This document shows positions 59,014 to 64,000 of a stretch of DNA of 64,000 nt, piece after piece (positions within the stretch are counted from its first letter, which is position 1; each line of letters starts with the position of its first letter). Where the stretch lies: assembly GCA_012295275.1 (NCBI GenBank), contig CM022671.1, forward strand, positions 3,472,001 through 3,536,000, read 5' to 3'. Under the pieces are notes generated by a model, which ran no database searches, was not told the origin of the DNA, and saw only the letters and a program-made list of their open reading frames with translations. The stretch is from Chrysomallon squamiferum. Lineage: Eukaryota; Animalia; Mollusca. A program made the position numbers and the translations under genes.

Positions 59014-62000
59014 TACTTTTCATTTAACACATACCATTATTTGTTTTCAGCTAATATATCCTAGCCATGTTAAACTTACAGAAAAAGAGGTATGTGTGAG
59101 TGTAGATATAGATAGACTGATAGATAGAACCCTGTAATACTTAATGAATATATTTTCATTTCTTTTTAAAAATGTAATATTTATTTATTTATTTATTTAT
59201 TTATTTATTAGTTATTATTATTATTATTATTATTATTTTATTATACTTTTATATAAAAAACATTTTTTAAGTTTGCTACATATAAAAATTTTGTGTACAT
59301 TTATCAGATTTGTTTTACTTCTGTGAATGTTAATTTTTAACTATGCATCATAATTAAAGTTTATAATACTTCTAAATGACAGTGATTAAGTCTTAAAATG
59401 AGATTTTGATGTCAGATTATTATTTTTAGTGTTTTGTATATGCACACTCTCAGGTTTCAGATATAGACTGAAGAATATTAGGAACACTGTTTACTTTTAA
59501 CTTAATTTTAACTGAAGCATTACAGTGTCAGAGTTGTATTGTAAACTGTTGACTTTAAGATCAGGTACATAATTAGATTAAGTACATAATTAGGTTAAGA
59601 ATTTGATTGTTTTTAAGCAACAGATTAATCATATTTGTAGCTTCTGTTGAGTCATTACTGATATACTGTAATTATATGTTTTTAAAGTTTATTTAATTTT
59701 TGTTTTAATATTTTTATAATTAGCATCAAGTAATTTTAGCATTAGATTTAATGGCAAATAACCTGATCAAGGCTAAATTTGATAGTTTGTGCTTGTTGAC
59801 ATTGTCTGGTTTCCAGTACTTTCAAATACACAATCACTTTCATAAGACTTATTATTTTTTTCAGAAAACAAACATTTGTTACTTGTCTTTTCCAGATTCA
59901 AATTCAGGTAAGTTTAAAAACATTTCAGGTGATTTCTGAAGTAAACAAGTATGTTTTTGATTAACATTATTAGTTTTATATTAAGTATTATTATAACCTG
60001 TGTTCAAAAAATTATTTATTTACATTTTTGAATTGTTTCTTATAAATATTCCACAAAATATATTTCAATCTGTTATTTATAATATTTTATGATGAAATAC
60101 TTTATTTTAAAAAGCATATTAAAAGAATACAAATGACTGCAATAAGAAATGTGTTTACATTATATTTTTCAGGATGTATGGGTGATACACACTTTCATTT
60201 TAGAATTCGCCAATGTCCTGGTCGCAGACAAACAATTCCTGCTCATTTCCAGTACAATCGAGACTGCCCAGTGTCTCTCCAGGTAGACTTAACTCAACTC
60301 ATTTGCCATTTTTCTTTGTAAATACAGTCCAATGAAATAAAAATGAAATCACAAAAACTACATTTTGTTTCACTGATACAGTAAGACGTGTTCACAACAA
60401 TAATCACTGTACAGTACGTTTTGAGATGAGAAGATCAGTGAGTGAATTGAATATTTGAAAACGGGTTCAAGTTGATGTCTTATGGAATTAGATAATCATA
60501 AAGTGATTACAATTTCTTTTTAAGTCAGTAATTTAACAAACTGATACAGAAGCTGGTACAGTGTTAAGATTTCTTTTGTGATTGTTATCTTAAAATGTTT
60601 GTCTTGATGTAACTGTGTTTGTTGTTACAGCTAATATCACAGGTGATAAATATATTTTTTATTTTTACAGACTGACAATGCTCATTACTATGGATTTGTA
60701 TATTTTCGTCAAACCAAAGATCGGTCAATACGTAGAGGATATTTTCAGAAGGTTTGTATTTTATTTCAAGTGTGTAAGTTATTTTCAGTGTCTGAAAAAT
60801 ATTTGGTTGGTAAATATTCATTTACTAACTGTATGACTGTGTTCAACCCAATTAACTTTGCAGACAAATTTTTCAATACAAAGTATATAGCATGCAGGAA
60901 TCACTTCAAGAGTGAAAGGTTTTCTTTCTAGCAGGTTCTCTATTTTTTTTCTATGCTTCCAGTTCTTTGTGGACATAGTTTATTAATTTTTAACATTTTT
61001 TTTTTTGGCAGTTTTAAAGAATGTTTGCTTTCAAAAAGAACAAATTTCATTCAGTACTAATTTTAAAAATTCTTATAGTATGTTATTTTTCATTTATTTC
61101 AAACAGTAAATTCAGTGTGGAATAATATGAACTTTATATCATGTGATGAAATGATTAAAAAGTTTCAATCAGTATGTTTCAATAAGCATATTTTATATAC
61201 ACAAAGCTATACGTGTATGTTTTTGAACAGAGTGAATATTGTTGGTGTGGCTGCTATATACATTATTTGAAATTGCACTTATCAAAAATCACTGTTATTA
61301 TAAAAAATAAATGCACAATATATTATAAGTTTCACAATTTTGCTGCTTGTTTCTTTCTAAATGTGCAATATTTGATATTAATCAGCAGCTTGCAGCTTAC
61401 ATCCACAGTAAAAGGTGTTCTTTACTAGTGCTAGATGGACTGTCTATTATTCCAACTCTTGATTCATAACAGTTTTATGTCAAACCTGCATACCTGTTTC
61501 TGAGAATGTGTTTATAAGGGATCACAAGCAGTTAAGGAGATCATTCTCTATACCAAAATAAATGATTAACATATTATAACCATTAATAACAAAATATGTT
61601 AAAATTTCATTATTTTAATCAATAATGAATATTTAACACCTATTGTTATTTATATTTTCACACCTGTTCTCACTTACCTGTGTTTACTGTTTCAGTCTGT
61701 GGTGCTGATTTCTCGCCTGCCTTTCATCTCACTCTTCACACAGCTAGTCAGTATTATTGCTCCTGAGTACTTCGACAATGGAGAACCTAGTCTTGAAGCT
61801 GGTGAGACTGACATTTATTAGTCCAAATAATTTAATCATTTCTGAAGTAAACAAACACATATATACAAACATCACATGATATGCATAGATGGATCATTCT
61901 GCAAAACTGTATATAAATCATACCTTATAGAGTATTAAAAGTGCCATAAAGACAAACAGTATTAATTGTTTAATTAAAAAAGAATCACTATGCAAATATG

Positions 62001-63532
62001 GCTCTACATTTGTAGAACTGGTATATGTTGGTGAATGTCCATATATCTAATTTGTGAAGCACTCACTGTTTTTTCATAAACATATAAATACACAAAATTT
62101 ACAAATCATAGTTGATGTATTATAATATATTGTCTTTAATATTTTGTATTCTGTTTACATTTCTTCTTAGGGTTAGGTACTTAGAATTATATTATTATTA
62201 GAGAACTTTGTTTTTGAGATGTCCTGCTAATAAAGATAAATTACTTAATCACTGTGTCTATATTTCAGCCTGTCATGACATAGATCAGTGGCCACCCCCC
62301 ATCCCAGGAGATACACTGAATCTACCCATAATGGGTACAGTATTACAGGTAATATACTGAATATTCATTCCCATGTTGTGTTCATTACTGGAAACATTAC
62401 AGATGGAAAATTATTACATTGTTTTTATTTTGTTGGGTTTCTTCTACCCCTTTCAAGTTGTTTTTACCAGCAAAATATAATTATTTCAGTGTACAGATAT
62501 TTCAGATTTATCCTTTTAACTGTGAAGTTAAGTGTCTGTTATAAACCATTTGAATTTTCAGTCTCCAAAGTTGAAATATGTCTTCAAAGATTGTGCTTTA
62601 CAAGTACAGAAATTTAGAAAACGGATGCATTGTCTTTTTTAATATAGCACTGAAGCTACCAAACTATTTAACTGAAATATCACTGGCCTAATAAACATGA
62701 ATATTTTTCAAAATCGTTCAACACCATCCAGTTTGTAAAATATCTAAAAAAAATTCCCAGTTTTTATTTTTTATCCTAAACATTAAGGAGTCAGTACAGT
62801 TTTGTTGTTTAATTTGTTTTTTTATTATTTGAATTTTTGTCTCTTTTTTAAGACACCATTTACTGCTTGGTTTGTTGTTTATGTTTATTTTCAGATTTAG
62901 TAAGTTTAGTCATTTGTATTATTTATCAGTTATTAAATCTTTGATTAAATTAAAATGTGAATTTATTTATTTATTTATTTATAACTTATTAAGTGTTGCA
63001 GATCATCAGTAAAAATCTTTATTATTATTAAATCAGATTTTACATGAGATTAAAAAATTTTGATTTAAACATTTAATTATTTCTTTCTGTCAATCCTTAT
63101 TCTTGTAATTCTTTGGATTATCAATGAAATAATTAATGTATTTATTTATTTATTTATTTATTTATTTATTATAACTGTATCTTTTAAGTGGTAAACATAT
63201 ATCATCTGCTAAAAATATTTACTTCCAGATAAAATAATTGCATTAAAATAATATATATATTTCTGTAATTTCCTTTTATTTCTGTGTTTCTTTGTTTATT
63301 GATTGATTGATTGACTGGATGATTGATTGATTGATTGATGGATTATTATTATTTGTTTTTTTGTGTACCTTTTTGTTTTTTGTTTTACCTGCTTGCTTTA
63401 ATTACATTTGGTTTAAAACGTTTGTGTTTTTTCTGTTGCAGTTTTTGTTTATTTGTTATCATGTTTTAGGTTAGGGTTTCCTCTCGTACTGACAAACTAC
63501 TGGGCTTCATTCAGCCCAAAACACAAAGACGG
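58248..63532 (+). CDS. DENND6A: DENN domain-containing protein 6 (Rab14 GEF family), 5' part; exons 58248-58400, 59051-59089, 59865-59907, 60173-60282, 60671-60751, 61696-61801, 62269-62348, 63470-63532; continues beyond window
   Basis: [96 protein letters not shown]. Paralogue (6A vs 6B) cannot be assigned. Confidence 0.94.
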
Positions 63533-64000
63533 GTAAGATTATCTTGCTTGATAAACACAACCTCATATCGGCCAGGATGCTCTGATTTTCATTTGTCTTC
63601 ATTGAAAGTTCACTTGTGGTGCTGCAAATATATTTGACTGTATCAATTAATTTAATACTTTTCAAGAGCTTTTCATTTTTATTGATTTTTTAACTAACTT
63701 TCATTTTTGTTTTACATAATAATAAAATGGTATCCATGTTATTAACAAGCCTTTGGTACTACCACAGAGATATATAATAAAAGGGGCACATATAATAAAA
63801 TATATTACAGCAATTATTTCTTAGCATTCAGAATTTATCTTTCCCACAATTTTGCAGTTATATTTTTGTAAAGAAAATTTACTGAAGAACCTTACAATTT
63901 TAGGGTAATAATTTAATAAAATAAAATAAACAACAACAAAAAGAAAATATTTCTGACATTTAAATAAGGAATTTTCACATAATTCTAACCCATTATTAGT

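Overview
AT-rich eukaryotic (animal) genomic DNA with many short introns and microsatellites. A mollusc/gastropod origin is my inference, from repeat remnants and composition. Five multi-exon housekeeping genes were reconstructed by hand. GTF3C1 (TFIIIC B-box-binding subunit, minus, ~35 coding exons, C-terminal exons not found) lies head-to-head with TMEM115 (plus). DDX20/Gemin3 (minus) lies head-to-head with twinfilin (plus). DENND6 (plus) runs off the right edge. Highlights: (1) a perfect isolated Pol III B-box inside the putative non-coding first exon of GTF3C1, suggesting TFIIIC autoregulation; (2) a GTF3C1 intron whose donor and acceptor are both tandemly amplified; (3) a +1 frameshift in the DDX20 tail centred on a perfect 26-bp palindrome; (4) a U12-type AT-AC intron and a candidate 21-nt microexon in twinfilin; (5) a candidate frameshifting cassette exon in DDX20; (6) an unexplained structured GC-rich island upstream of DENND6. 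Coordinates were read by eye and may be off by a few bases.
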